Below are positions 1 through 15,083 of a stretch of DNA of 64,000 bases, piece by piece (the first letter of the stretch is position 1; each line of letters starts with the position of its first letter). The notes below the pieces were generated by a model. The model was not told the origin of the DNA, ran no database searches, and was given only the letters and a program-made list of their open reading frames with translations. The DNA is from Eledone cirrhosa (taxonomy: Eukaryota), in the NCBI GenBank assembly GCA_964016885.1, contig OZ024759.1, forward strand, positions 31,000,001 through 31,064,000, in the 5' to 3' direction. Both the position numbers and the translations under genes were made by a program.

Positions 1-215
1 CCATTATTTATTTAGCCTGTTCGTCCCAAAGCGATCCTCCATACGTCTACCGGAATAGGCAACAGGAAACGGCAAGTCCTCCTTTATGTATCTAGTATGA
101 ATATATCTTGCCCATTATGGCTATTAATACCTCGTGTCAGATTGGAGCTGGGTATTAATCTAAACAGTTCCATGCCCAGTGTCCATTCTTGTATACATAC
201 ATATCTATCTATCTT

Positions 216-327
<112 letters not shown>

Positions 328-335
328 TGTGTATA

Positions 336-405
<70 letters not shown>

Positions 406-480
406 CCAATAATATATACATACATACTCACGAATGTACGCACTCACATATACACAAACGATTATATATATATACATATA

Positions 481-555
<75 letters not shown>

Positions 556-623
556 ATATATATAATAATGAATTCCTTTTCTATCAACCAATGACCTACA
601 CCCATCCCACTCCCCACCCTCTT

Positions 624-807
624 CTACCACTTGTAGAGACCTATAAATACCATATTTATTTTTTGATACCCAGATTCCTGATGATTTCTAAAGAATGAAA
701 CAGTTCTAGTCCTGTAGAATCTCATCTATATTAAAACTTTTATACTCTGCAATGTATTGAGTACCTTACTTACTGTGGTTACCTCCGATTCAACCCGGAA
801 TAACGTA
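624..807 (+). mobile_element. Penelope-like pLTR fragment, family A, with hammerhead ribozyme
   Basis: Recurs at 17653-17757 (+), 26564-26697 (-) and 26847-27032. Contains a hammerhead core and ends at (TA)n. Confidence 0.7.
672..722 (+). ncRNA. Type I hammerhead ribozyme motif (family A)
   Basis: agattc-CTGATGA-tttctaaagaat-GAAA-cag(ttctagtc)ctg-TA-gaatct: 6-bp stem I, short stem II, closed stem III, GUA cleavage triplet. U-U mismatch at the base of stem II. Confidence 0.7.
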
Positions 808-960
808 CTATATATATATATATATATATAAGGAACAAGGATTCAGTGTTGCATCATAACATATTCAATAACATATGTGTCACTATCGATCAGCCCGAGG
901 CAAGATCTATTATAGATCGAACCTGAATCTGTAATCTTTCGATCACACAGTTATATATAT

Positions 961-1000
<40 letters not shown>

Positions 1001-1183
1001 TAATAAAAACAATGAATAAAAACAAAGAAACAGTTCCTTATATTAAAAAATTCATCATTTTACGATCGTTTCTAGGATATATATGTGTGTTGGTATGTAT
1101 ATCATTTAGATCTATGTATAAATTTTACAAACTTACAGAGGGAATATACATACCTACACATATATATGCTGTCTTCAGAAATA

Positions 1184-1250
<67 letters not shown>

Positions 1251-1252
1251 TA

Positions 1253-1462
1253 GAAAAAGATGAAATCGAAAATGCAACTGGAGTCTTTTTTTTTTAATAT
1301 ATTAATTTGATTCATTACCGGTTTCGCAGTTATTGTGCTTTTCAATATTAGAATTGATATGGAGGGTTTGTGGTTTTTAAGAACTGCGAAACCGGTAAAG
1401 GAACCAAATAAATATTTTTTTTTTTAAAGACTCCAGTTGCATTTTTCATTTCATCTTTTTTC
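1253..1462. repeat. Imperfect inverted repeat (~80-bp arms), probable Penelope pLTR end
   Basis: 1253-1331 is the reverse complement of 1383-1462. The right arm has GAAACCGGTA followed by AATAAA. Confidence 0.6.
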
Positions 1463-1523
1463 CTTATACTTTCACTCGTGTAGGACACCTCCTTTTTTTT
1501 TCATTTTGTAAAAAAAACCTCAC

Positions 1524-1880
<357 letters not shown>

Positions 1881-2609
1881 GATAGTGGAGTTGTTTAATT
1901 ATATTATTATTAGTATTGGATATTTTTATTTTAAAATAAGCCGTTGGGTTACAGAGAAAGAAAAAGATAAAGAAGGAGCTATCTATCCCTTATACTCTGG
2001 AAGAAGTCTACTGTGTATAGATCTGGCCCCACCAGGTTTAAAGTGCACATGTACCCATGTATGTCATGCCTGTTGACCCATGTGACCACCATACATCGCG
2101 CGTCCAGACACACATAATACTTATATACAATAGTTTCATAATATTGTTATGGCTGTATGCCTCATCTATAAGCATGTACGTACCATCAACGCCCTCCCCC
2201 CTCATTGCGCGGACAAACGTATACACTTATACACCCAATCCTATTGGCCGCCCACACGTTTATGCTGTTGTCTTGCTGACAAAGATGTTTTATTTATTTC
2301 CAACCTTAGCACTCCCTCCAGAATATTAGCGAGAAATACATTGAATTTTCAAATGGGATATATTGATCATGATGGGAATTTTCTTCTTTCATCTACAAGA
2401 CTATTCATTTGATACGGATGAGTCTTCAACATCTCCATTCATAAAAAAAAAGAAGACAATATTTTTCTTTAATACGCTGTCGTTTAATTCATAAATATAT
2501 TATATTAACCAACGAAATTATTCAAACAAGCATATACATTTCTCTTATCAAATTCTCTAACTCACCCCCCCCCCCTTTCTCTCTCTCTCTCTCTCTCTCT
2601 CTCCCTCTC

Positions 2610-2658
<49 letters not shown>

Positions 2659-2731
2659 ACCTATCTATCTATCTCTCTATCTCTCTATATATATACATGT
2701 ATGTATGTATATATATATATACGTATATGTA

Positions 2732-2799
<68 letters not shown>

Positions 2800-2813
2800 T
2801 ATACAAATATATA

Positions 2814-2897
<84 letters not shown>

Positions 2898-2967
2898 TAT
2901 ATATTTGTATATATTTATATATATATACATGTATGTATGTATGCATATATATATACACATATGTGTA

Positions 2968-3028
<61 letters not shown>

Positions 3029-3604
3029 ATGCATATATATATATATACACACACACACACAAAGACACATATATATATAATATCCATATACATACATATG
3101 TGTGCGTTGTTTTGAATACTACCTAAAGCTAGTAATCATAGAAATGTGTCATTCTTAAGTGCACTTCTCCCAAGGCGTCCTAAATGCGAAGCAGAGATAT
3201 TTATAGATATGCATTTTCCTTATCAATATTAATCTATAGATATTCAATTTCATGAAAGTACATCAAATGGCGATCATAACGCGAAACATAGTCTCTGTAA
3301 TTTCCTACAAAATTAAATTGACGAAATGTGTTATCCAACGAGATGTATTTCCTTTAATAAAAGGCTACATTAACAAGACGAGATCTAATCGAGATCTAGT
3401 CGAGATCTAGTCGAGATAAAAAAAGTGGTAAAAAGAAGGAAGCGTTATTTGTCGTCTATGTCAAATGAGATCTTCTAATATATATGAGTGTTGTTATATA
3501 TTATAGTTACAAACATATGTATCTGTGTGTGTGTGTGTTTGTTTGTTTGTTTCTGTGTGCGTCTCTGTGTTTGTATGTGCGTCTGTACGTATACTGGATG
3601 TGAT

Positions 3605-3670
3605 TTAGGGGATTCCGGCTGATCAGTTGGAGACGGTTGCTTCTCACAGAACCCCAAGACCCTCTCAGAA
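3605..3670 (+). mobile_element. RTE LINE 3' stub (same family as 46722-47134)
   Basis: gatcagttggagacggttgcttct matches 47054-47077. Confidence 0.55.
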
Positions 3671-4090
3671 ATAGGTAGGAAGGTAGGAAGGGGAAGAAGA
3701 AAGGGAAAAAGGAGGAGAAGGAGGGGGAAGAAGAAGAATGATGATGATGATGAGGAGGAGGAGGAGGAGGGGGGGGAGAAGGCGGAGCAGAAGGCATCAT
3801 ATCTTTGAAGTGTGTAAGCTCAGTTATCGTTAATGAACCTGCCTCCTTCAACAACCAATGGTCTAATATTTTTTTTGTCCTGTGTAGATGAAATTGTGTT
3901 ATCTTGTAGATATATAATTATGTACTTAGAACAAAACATGTTTTTATCATGAATGTCATTTGTAGTTTTTGTCAAAATAATATAGCTAACTTTTGTTATA
4001 ATGATCAAAGCCGTACTGACAAAGAAAGTGTATTCACCTCCTTACCTGCGAATAAAACAGTTAATCCCTTCTATATTGATTTTTGTATAA

Positions 4091-4283
4091 TAATTGTTTC
4101 TACTTTTGGCAGAAGGCCAGAAACTACCCCAGTGTATTACTGGTCCTTTATTTTATCGACCCCGTAAGGATGAAAGGCAAAGTTAACCTCGGCGGGATTT
4201 GAACTCAAATCATAAAGGGTCGTAACTCTATGCTTCAAAGCATGGTGTCCTACTCTCTACTGATAATGCCAATCCACCGCCCC
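4091..4283 (-). mobile_element. tRNA-derived SINE (Meta-like core)
   Basis: Minus strand has A box TGGCATTATCAGTAG, B box GAGTTCAAATCCC, core CTTTGCCTTTCATCCTTACGGGGTCGATAAAATAAAG and tail AGAAACAATTA. Confidence 0.85.
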
Positions 4284-4591
4284 ATTTTTTCGATATATGT
4301 AACTGCCTCAGGTTTAAAATTGATTATTTTTCTTAATTTAGGGTAAGGCAGTGAATTTGTAAACTCATCTCTCCCTATTATATACAAATAGGACCCCACG
4401 GTCCTGGCGGACAGGATACAGAAGGCTTTTACCCTGGAGGAGGGCGTGAGAAACGTATTAACCGTAACACTGTTTTAGTTTGTCTTAAATATAATGACTC
4501 GAATCTGAGACTTAATTTCGGCAAGAACAGCTTTGTCTTTCCGTTGGTGTCTAATGAACTATGTTCTAACCAAGTACTGTCGTTGATTATT

Positions 4592-4682
<91 letters not shown>

Positions 4683-4687
4683 CCATC

Positions 4688-4735
<48 letters not shown>

Positions 4736-4786
4736 TCTCTCCCTCTCCATCTCTATCTCTCTATCTCTCTCTCTCTCTCTCTCTCG

Positions 4787-4858
<72 letters not shown>

Positions 4859-5082
4859 TACACGCACACACTCTTTAAACGCCTGTGTCTTTTTTTCTCC
4901 ATTTCTCACATGAAATTAGCTGTGATTTTCTGTAGAAATCAATAACCTTTGACGAAGGTGCTCGCAACTTCTTTAAGAAATTGTTCTGGAAACATCGATC
5001 AACGTTCCAATGAAGAGTACGGAATTGAAATGGAAATAATATACATACACCCACACACTACCCCCCTCCCCCCGCCTCATAT

Positions 5083-5119
<37 letters not shown>

Positions 5120-5979
5120 ATGTGTGTGTGTATATGTATATATATATATAATGTGTGTGTGTATGTTTATATATATACATATATAATGTGTGTGTGTATA
5201 TATATATATATAATGTGTATATGTTTATATATATATATATAATGTGTTTGCATATGTTTATATATATATATATATATATATATAAATATATATATCGGGG
5301 GTGTATCCATACATATGTATGTATGTGTATATATATATATATGGGGGAGGGTGTATGCATATATATGTAACTATGTGTGTGTATATATATATATATATAT
5401 GTGTGTATGTGTTGTGCGTGTATGTGTGTGCATGTTTGTATATACATGTGTGTGTATGTATATATTAGATGTGCATGTGTGTAAGTATGTGTTTCTTATC
5501 CAACAGTCCCTGTCCAAATCTACATATCTCTATAAGTCTGTTTGACTCTATCTCTCTATAGTAACTCTCTCGTCTGTTCTAGTCACATCGTCAACAAACA
5601 GAAAAAGGATCTTCTTTAATTTCGTCTTGTTATTGTTTAATTTCACTTATTATTCTTTCATTCATGGTTGTTGTTACATTGGTTCTCCTCAGGAGACAAT
5701 AATATATAAAGACAATCTTAAATAAACATCAGTTAACACAGATGTCGATCTGGTATCTCACTTTGAGAAAACCGCAAAAAAAGAGAAAACAAAATGGTGG
5801 TTTGTTCTGTTGTTAACATTATATTTAAAGCAAGTTAGAAGAGATTATTTTTAACAGATTAATCGTTCCGCTTCGTTGCGTTCTGAGTTTAAATACCAGA
5901 GACCAAAGTTCAATTTTGAATCCTTTTCCTTTCGGACGGGATCACGAGTCGGGCTGACCCTTTTAGTTTTTCATTTATG

Positions 5980-6189
5980 GGCAGTATCGGTAGAGAGTTG
6001 GACACCATGCTTTGCAGTATAGAGTTATGGCCCTTTACTTTCTGAGTTCAAATCCCGCCGAGGGCTATCTTTACCTTTCATCCTTACGGGGTCGATAAAA
6101 TAAAGTACCAGTAATGCACTGGAGTCGATTTAATCGACTTTCCCCGCTCCTCAAATTGTTGGCCCTGTGCCTAAATGAGAAACCATTTA
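5980..6189 (+). mobile_element. tRNA-derived SINE (Meta-like core, long variant)
   Basis: A box, B box gagttcaaatccc, core and tail ggccctgtgcctaaatgagaaacc. Confidence 0.85.
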
Positions 6190-7090
6190 TGAGAAACCAT
6201 TTTGGCGAGGTCACGTGGCTATTTCCAGTACATCGCCCTCGCCATTCTCTGAGCCGTATCGAATACCTCGAAGTATTTTCTTCGGCGTTCTAATATCTCT
6301 ACCAATGTACCGACTACAGAATGTACCAATTTCTATTATCACCAAGTCTACCCAGTACTAACTATTTTCAATATAACAATACATTTCCATATATAAGTTG
6401 AATTTACGTAATTTATTTATTACTATTTTTTTTTTTATTTTTTGTATTTTGATTCCTTTAAAATAGACGTAACCGCGAGATAAAATTTCTTATCGCTTTC
6501 CCCTTTCATTTCATCAATATCCCATCTAACCCATTTACTTTCTACTCAACCATATTCGATTAAATCCGTATTGGTGACACAACGAAATAAACGTGAGAGT
6601 CGAGATAACACCTTGGTTGATAGACTATATAATTATATTCAATTCATGTCTGCTTATCAAAGTATAGATCATAGTTAGCTATAACCTATTATCATACAGC
6701 AAATTGTTTTGTTTGCTTGTTTTGTATCAACAATCTAATAGATTTTATTGCACTTTCTTTCTGCAAGACAGAATTTTCTTTGGGCATTATATATTTCTAG
6801 TTAGATATAAGACATTAGCTTTATTGTGCTGCTGAAATAAAATATATATAATTCTTGATGTATGATTCCGTATTGATTCATATGATTTGCGAAATGCTTT
6901 AAGTTATTACTATTCTTTAAATGTGCAATGTTTAAATATATGGCGGATCATTTTCTTGGTGGCCTTTGTAAGGAAAATTGCCAGTGTCTGCTTTCACATT
7001 ATTTATTTACATTAAATAGATGAACGCCATAAAATGGGATTTTAGAGTGAGTCTAAATGACGATTTTGTTTCAATAATAATATATATATA

Positions 7091-7265
7091 CATGGACACA
7101 CTAGAAGAGGAAGACCAAGGTTAACGTATGTTGATGCCCTAAGGACAGACACTGGTCTGTTGGAGATGCAGGACATGGCAGCGATAATGAGGGACAGAGA
7201 CCGCTGGAGAGAACTCGTCCATGGATCTCGGGAATTTTACCCGCCTTAGATAGATAGATAGATAG
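7091..7265 (+). mobile_element. RTE-clade LINE 3' end with (TAGA)n tail
   Basis: Translates HGHTRRGRPRLTYVDALRTDTGLLEMQDMAAIMRDRDRWRELV, a typical RTE C-terminus. Homologous to 9648-9905. Confidence 0.8.
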
Positions 7266-7786
7266 TTAGAATGTTAATACCTGAATAAAAGATGTGAATT
7301 TCATACTTCCCATTATTCATATTTTCTTTGTGGAGAGCTTTGAGTAGAATCGTTAGAGCGTCGAACAAAATGTTTGGCGGCATATATATTTATATACTAT
7401 ATTTCTAGTTATATTTTTATCTGTTGGTCAATCAATAATAAACATTGATTGCCAGTTAAATTATTCATAGAAATATAAAGATATACTGAAGCGAAACTAA
7501 ACCAAACCAAACAGTGAGTGTGTTTTACTATATTTTTCTGGCAATATTAGGACAACGTGGCCCTCTCCAAATATAACAATATCTATTTGAAACATACGAT
7601 TTCATATAAAAACCCTTGTAAAACAACTCTATCACTGCTAACAAAACATAATTTTTGTCGATTTGTGCAGAGCAGTATCATTTCTCTTTCTTTTATAGAA
7701 GGGAGGTTATGATTTGAGGACGGTATTGTGGCTAACTATCACCATAATTATTTGTAGATCTTGATTGTCATTCTAATTCTGAAGAC

Positions 7787-7846
<60 letters not shown>

Positions 7847-7907
7847 CCAAGGCTCTGATACCATCAACACTATAAACATAGAGCTGGCATATCTAAGAAC
7901 TGATTAA

Positions 7908-7963
7908 CTGCCTGATGAGGTCATAGCCATTCAATGGCTATCATCGAAATATATATATAGCAG
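7908..7963 (+). ncRNA. Minimal type I hammerhead ribozyme motif (Penelope-type)
   Basis: ctgc-CTGATGA-ggtcatagccat(tca)atggctatcatc-GAAA-tatatatata-gcag, then AATAAA. Stem I is ctgc/gcag, stem III is palindromic. Confidence 0.65.
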
Positions 7964-8005
7964 TAAATAAAGGATTATGAGTTCATGCAATTGACTTATG
8001 TTTCG

Positions 8006-8079
<74 letters not shown>

Positions 8080-8082
<3 letters not shown>

Positions 8083-8785
8083 CTTCTACTACAACGTAAT
8101 ATAATATCTGTATACAACAATTACAATGGTACGCGATGGGGCCCACCCACAGCCCCGGCGGACAGAATAGAGAAGGCGTTTCCCCGAGGCATGGCAAGGG
8201 AGACGCGCTGGAAAAGCCACTCCAACTCGCGGGACTCACACCTGCGGCTGGCCAGTAAGGAGGTAGCCCTGGGGCCGAGGACACCAGAAGTCTCCACTGC
8301 CAGAGGTACGACCGCAAACCTGTCTGAGAGCGACCGGTATTTGAGGAGATTGGCCCCCTCAGCCCGACGTGCAGCAGAACTTGGGTCAGTCGCAGGCTGC
8401 ACCAGGTTGCGGCTGCAGAAAGTGTCGGTGCAAGTGGAATCTCAGACGAGGGGTTTTCCACCGCGGAACGGGAAGATGGTCATTGCCATCTGGTCTTTTG
8501 CCGTCCCCTCGATCCAGCCCCACTGGCTCTAGCTGGGAAGGGGGAGCCTGCAGCGTCCAAGCCATGCTTAATGACCTCGTGGAAGGCAGCATGGCGTGGA
8601 ATGCGGCCTGCACTGTGGGTGGCAAACAGGAAAGCGGGTGGAGTTCGAAAGAGTCCACGGTGGAACCGCAGCGACATTGGTGTGGCTGGCAGATCCGGAG
8701 GCTGAGCCTCAGGGAAACGCCGATTCGCAGGCTATGGTTTTCTAGCTGCGTGCCAGTGCAGAAGGAGGGCAGGGCATGGAGCCTA
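8080..8785 (-). mobile_element. 5'-truncated, frameshifted RLE-type non-LTR retrotransposon, CRE-clade-like
   Basis: Three overlapping minus-strand ORFs join into a zinc knuckle (CRCGSTVDSFELHPLSC), RHAAFHEVIK, EPVGLDRGDGKRPDG, and KYRSLSDRFAVVPLAVETSGVLG (PD-(D/E)xK endonuclease). A short 3' UTR abuts (TA)n. Confidence 0.8.
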
Positions 8786-9647
8786 CTTATTCTTGATGCG
8801 TAAGATAGAATACGATAAGCTGCTAAAACAGAGACGGCATCAATCATGGTTTAAATACATTTATAAGTCATTTAGATACACTGGCAGAAAAACTACTCTT
8901 CGGGTGGTTTTTCTGCTAGCATGTGTAATGTGCATATTGATATTGTACGCAAATATACATGCATGTACATATGATACATTAAATAAAATCGTAATTGACA
9001 ATATGCACAGAAATTGAAGAGAGACTGTGTTACACTGCAGTCACATAATATGTTCATTTTCCAAAGCAGGGTGTTTGTATCAAATAGAACACTCGTCGTC
9101 GCAACCGATGGAGTACCAGTTTTCTTTCTTTTCCTTTTTTAAGAGCATTGCTTATAAAACATTGTATCATGCTATTTCTCATCGAAGGATCTTGCGGAAC
9201 AAATAAAAAACGATATCTATATTGTATCGTATTTTATTAAAAAGAAAAAAAAAAGGATTGCTATTATATTCTGAATGTATAGAACATTACATTACGATAT
9301 ATTATATTTATATTATCATATATCACATTTTGATATCTTATATTTATATCCAAATATGTCTCGTCAATTGGTTACACATAATAGTTATTTGTATAATATT
9401 TTTATGGCTAATAAATTCTCATTCATTCCAACAACTTATCAGTTCGTTGACTTACTGCAAATCATGTCTTCATATTAACATTCAGAGAAATGTTAGTGGC
9501 TTGAGGATATCAATTAACCCAATGCAGCTCAACAATTTATGTAAATACACAACAGTTATTCAAATACATCATGCGAACTTCATCGTAATTAATACTAACG
9601 GCATTATAACACAAATGTATTTGGGGGGATGTTGTCTTCAAGCATAT

Positions 9648-9905
9648 ATCTATCTATCTATCTATCTAGGGCGGGTAAAAATCCAGAGATCCATGGACGA
9701 GTTCTCTCCAGCGGTCTCTGTCCTTCATCATCGGCGCCATGTCCTGCGTCTTCCAGAGACCAGTGTCTGTCCTTAGGGCATCAATATGTGTCAACCTCGG
9801 TCTCCTTCTTCTAGTGTGCCCGTGTAGGGGCTCACGCAGGAGCACTGGGTGCAGTGTCAACTCTGAATGTCGGTGGGCATGTCCAGCTAACCTCCGTCTT
9901 ATGGA
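9648..9905 (-). mobile_element. RTE-clade LINE 3' end with (TAGA)n tail
   Basis: ORF 9666-9860 EPLHGHTRRRRPRLTHIDALRTDTGL...DRDRWRELV, with upstream RRRLAGHAHRH. Confidence 0.8.
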
Positions 9906-10231
9906 ATCTCCAAGAAAATACTGGACCTGATATCATTGCTCTACACCAATGAGTGTGGGGCTGAGAATGAATGAGATTAAGACGAAGGTATCTGGTAGAG
10001 AACATTAAGAAGCAAACATATATATATACAGGTAAAAACTGTATATCTACAAATATTTATATTTAAAGGTATACCAATTAGATATTTTCATTTGTGATAC
10101 CTTTTGTATAAAGATAAAGAATATATGTATATTTGGTTGTTTATTTATCGGAATCAATAAAGGAACGAGGGGAAATGCATTGAATCTTTTCTCACTGTTT
10201 CTTCTTCGTCGCCAAAGCGTGTGTATTCAGC

Positions 10232-10306
<75 letters not shown>

Positions 10307-10463
10307 AGGGAGTGTAAGGTGAAGTTACTTAAGGTGACACGCGTCACAAACCAATAAACGTAATGAAGGCTTAACAAATCGGGGTCGATAAAAATAAAGT
10401 ACCAGTAATGCACCGGGTAATTGCTGGCCTTGTGCCAAAATTAGAAACAATTATATTATATTG

Positions 10464-10564
<101 letters not shown>

Positions 10565-11136
10565 TATACTTATTTGCAACAACACAGCTCGCCATTTTGA
10601 TTCATATAAGCTTCCCTCTTTGCTGTGACCCGTCTTTTTTCACACCACTTGCTGCTATCCTCTCTCTCTCTCTCTCTCTCTCTCCTTCTCCCTCTTATTT
10701 TCGCTCACTCCCTCTGCTAGTCACCTCTAGGCTATCCTCCCACTATAACTATCTCTTCTCGCTTCCTCGCACTTTCACTCACTCCCTCTCTGCTAGCCAT
10801 CCTCTCTCCGCGCTAGCTCACCTCCTCCATCGTCCAGTACTGTACGCAGTCTCTTTTCTCGCTAACACTGCAACGGTCAAGACGTATCTTTGGTCTATAG
10901 TCATAATTCGCACCGTTCGCTTGTTCGAATGTGTTATTGACTTGATATTTTTCCTAATTTTCCTCTCTCTACGTTGCTTCACCCCTTCGTGTCTGTTTAC
11001 ATGTTTTTCTCCCCCCCCCCCCTCCCCTTCTTTTATCCCAATAACTTATTTTAATTATTGTTTCGCTCTAGGCTGAGGTATATTGTCTCTAACGCGAAGA
11101 AATACATATGATTCCCGTGACTTTTATTTTTCATTA

Positions 11137-12020
<884 letters not shown>

Positions 12021-12464
12021 ATAGCAGACTGAATGTGTTGGCTTTAAACCCAACAAAACTTAAGTATCTGCATATGCTGTTACTAAATATATTATGGTAT
12101 CTTATTAGAATAAATGATTGTTATGCTTGTGAATATGAGACACGAGTGTAGAAAGAGGGAGAGGTGGGGGCTTAATAGTTTCATATGTGCAAACTATATC
12201 TGGTTTAAGCTGCATCAAAATAAATAGATACTTGTTTAATCCGGTTAGTATTCCTTGAGAAATTACGCAGTTCTTGGCAAAATGGCGACGCTGCACATTC
12301 TCGTTTCATGTGCAGAAACAAAGCTAGATGTTAGTGCGGTAATGAATTATATTAACCATCTTATGTGATGTTAATGGATTCCTGCAAAGTTCAGACAGTT
12401 TGTGTAAGGATTAATTGAGTTGTGATATATTGCTCATTAATATTGTATAACCAGTAAATCTTTA

Positions 12465-12850
12465 TACAGTTATAATGTTAGGTTATGTGATGTTATATAA
12501 TGTTTGAAATACAATAACTATAAGAATCATTTTTTTAAATGTACAGGTTCAAGATTTTACTAGAAAGCTTTTCTGGGGGTTTATCACCAGACATCAGTTC
12601 TCGGGAGTGTCTTACAACATTCTGGGTGGTCATTCGACTTTCCTGTTGATATTGGTTGCATATACAGATATAACGTTAAGTTATGTAATGTTATGTAATA
12701 TTTGAAATACAATTACTATGAGAATCATTTTTAAAAATGTACAGTTTGAAGATTTCACGAGAACCGAAAGCTTTTCTCAGGGCGTATCACCGGCAGTGTC
12801 TTACAACTTTCTGGGTGGCCATTCAAATTCCCTTTTGATATTGGTTACAA
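12465..12850. repeat. Diverged tandem duplication, ~198-bp unit x2
   Basis: Blocks tttgaaatacaa, agaatcattttt, aaagcttttct, gtgtcttacaac and gatattggtt recur in the same order. Confidence 0.8.
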
Positions 12851-12944
12851 GTTACCTGGGTTAACGTTTTCAACATTCTCATTTTTAATATAGTTTCTAT
12901 TTATTCTCGATTTTGGTTGTCAGGTTAATAATGGTGTGTGGTTT

Positions 12945-13622
12945 AAGCACAAGGCCAGCAAATTACCCAGTACATTACTGGTACTTTTGGTGTGTGGTTT
13001 AAGCACCAGGCCAACTTATTTGTAGGATGGAGGAAAACTCTATTAAATCAAGCCCAGTGCCTTATTGGTGCTTTATTTTATCAACCCAATATGGATGAAA
13101 GGCAACGCGATTCTCGATGGAATTCGAACTCAGAACGTATAGGGCCGTAATTCTATGCCGTAAAGCAAGGATTCGATAGTCTACCGAAATTGCTAAACTA
13201 CTAACCTACTAATAATTGTTTTCTGATTTAGGCACAAGGTCAATAATTTGGGGGGAAGGGTAAGTCGATTAAATTGACCCCGGTGCATTACTGGTACTTT
13301 ATTTTATCCACTCCGTAAGGATGGAAAGCAAAACTAACCACGGCGGGATTTGAACTCATAAGGCCGTAACTCTATGCTGCAAACCATATTGCCCGACGCT
13401 CCACCGATACTGCTAATTCACCATCCTCATAATAATAACAATAATAATAATAATTGTTTCTACTTTTGGCACAAGGCTAGCAAATACCCAGTACATTACT
13501 GGTACTTTATTTTATCGACCCCATAAGGATGAACGGCAACGTTAACCTCGATGGGATTTGAACTCAGACCGTAAAGGGACGTAACTATGCTAGAAAGCAT
13601 GGCGTCCCACACTCTACCGATA
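12945..13622 (-). mobile_element. Cluster of three near-full SINEs plus one tail fragment, same orientation
   Basis: SINE tail, core and B-box motifs repeat at about 12945-12987, 13000-13200, 13211-13425 and 13451-13622. Confidence 0.8.
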
Positions 13623-14252
13623 ATGAAGATGATGATAATGATTTATTCATCAAGAACGCATGTCTACAGATTTATGGCTGTATATAATTGACATGATTTG
13701 GCGTCAAAACATGGCTGACTGATATTTCATCTTAACGAAGCTCGACGATATTTGGAAGGTTAATTCGACCCAAAATTAAATATATATTCTGCAAGTAGAC
13801 AGATATGATTAAGTAATGTAAAGCTGTGAGAAGGAAAACGTTTAAAACAAAAGCAAAGACATAAACCAAGAACAAAACGAAAATAAAATAAAATAAAATT
13901 CTGATTTGAAAAGCTCAAATTTTCAACGAAAATTAAGATTACATAAATAAATAATGGTAAAAACATTAGAACGAATATGTTAATTAACGGAAAAACAGCT
14001 AATGGCCAGAAGTTATGCCATATAAGAGAGTTTATTTAATGATATTAATAAGAATATTGTGTGTGTCATTCCTCATTAGAGATTTATTGTTATGTTGCAG
14101 CATCGCTTGCCATCTTGCCGTGTCCGGAATCGATAGCAAAGCGAGACACACACACACGCGCACACACACACACACATACACACACACATATATATAATAA
14201 AATGTTGAGAGAGAGAGTTCATTTAGCATCGTTTATTCTTCTATCTCTATGC

Positions 14253-14369
<117 letters not shown>

Positions 14370-14447
14370 ATAATAATAATAATAATAGTAAAAATACAGT
14401 AGCGAAAACCAATCCAAACCAAACAGTGAGTGTGTTATATTATTATT

Positions 14448-14679
14448 CCACTGACGATGTTGCAGATGTGCAAAGAAAGAACTTTGTTAGACTATATATA
14501 TGTGTTTGTGTCTATATTATATCTGTAGTTTTGACCGTTGGTCAGTCAATGGTAAACATTGAGGACCAAATGAATTAACTGATATAAAAGATACAGAATA
14601 GAAAACCAACCAAACAGTGAGTGTGATCTGTTATTAATTCTGGCAATATTATTACAACAATATGACCCTCCCCAAGTAT

Positions 14680-14686
<7 letters not shown>
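14448..14686 (+). mobile_element. Penelope-like pLTR, family C, hammerhead-like core CTGACGA...GAAA
   Basis: Homologous to 22571-22820 (-), 34215-34410 (+), 21668-21845 (-) and 7420-7585 (+). Ends at (TA)n. Confidence 0.6.
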
Positions 14687-14722
<36 letters not shown>

Positions 14723-14903
14723 GCTTCTACAAGACTATGATTTCATACGAATGAAACAGTTTTGTTCCGTGGAAGTAATTTCTCTGTATATAATAAAGAG
14801 GCCTATTCTCCAACAAGTAATGAGTACCTTTTGTATATGTGGTTACCGCCCTGCCCCCACCCCACCCACCCACGCCCGCCATCACGAAACACCCTGGTGT
14901 TAT

Positions 14904-15083
14904 TTAACCCTTTAACATTTACATTACTCTATATTTACTATTGTATTTTCATGGTAAACACTTTATTTTACATAATTATCTTACATAATATTGAATCTAT
15001 GAGATTTTGATATTTATTTTTAGAACAATACTTTAACCTCAGTATGAGTAGCCAGTTACAGCTGGTTTAAACAGAAAGATGTC
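14904..15083. mobile_element. Degenerate piggyBac-like MITE
   Basis: Starts TTAA-CCCTTT. The right end is only loosely recognisable (ggtttaaacagaaagatgt). Confidence 0.3.
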
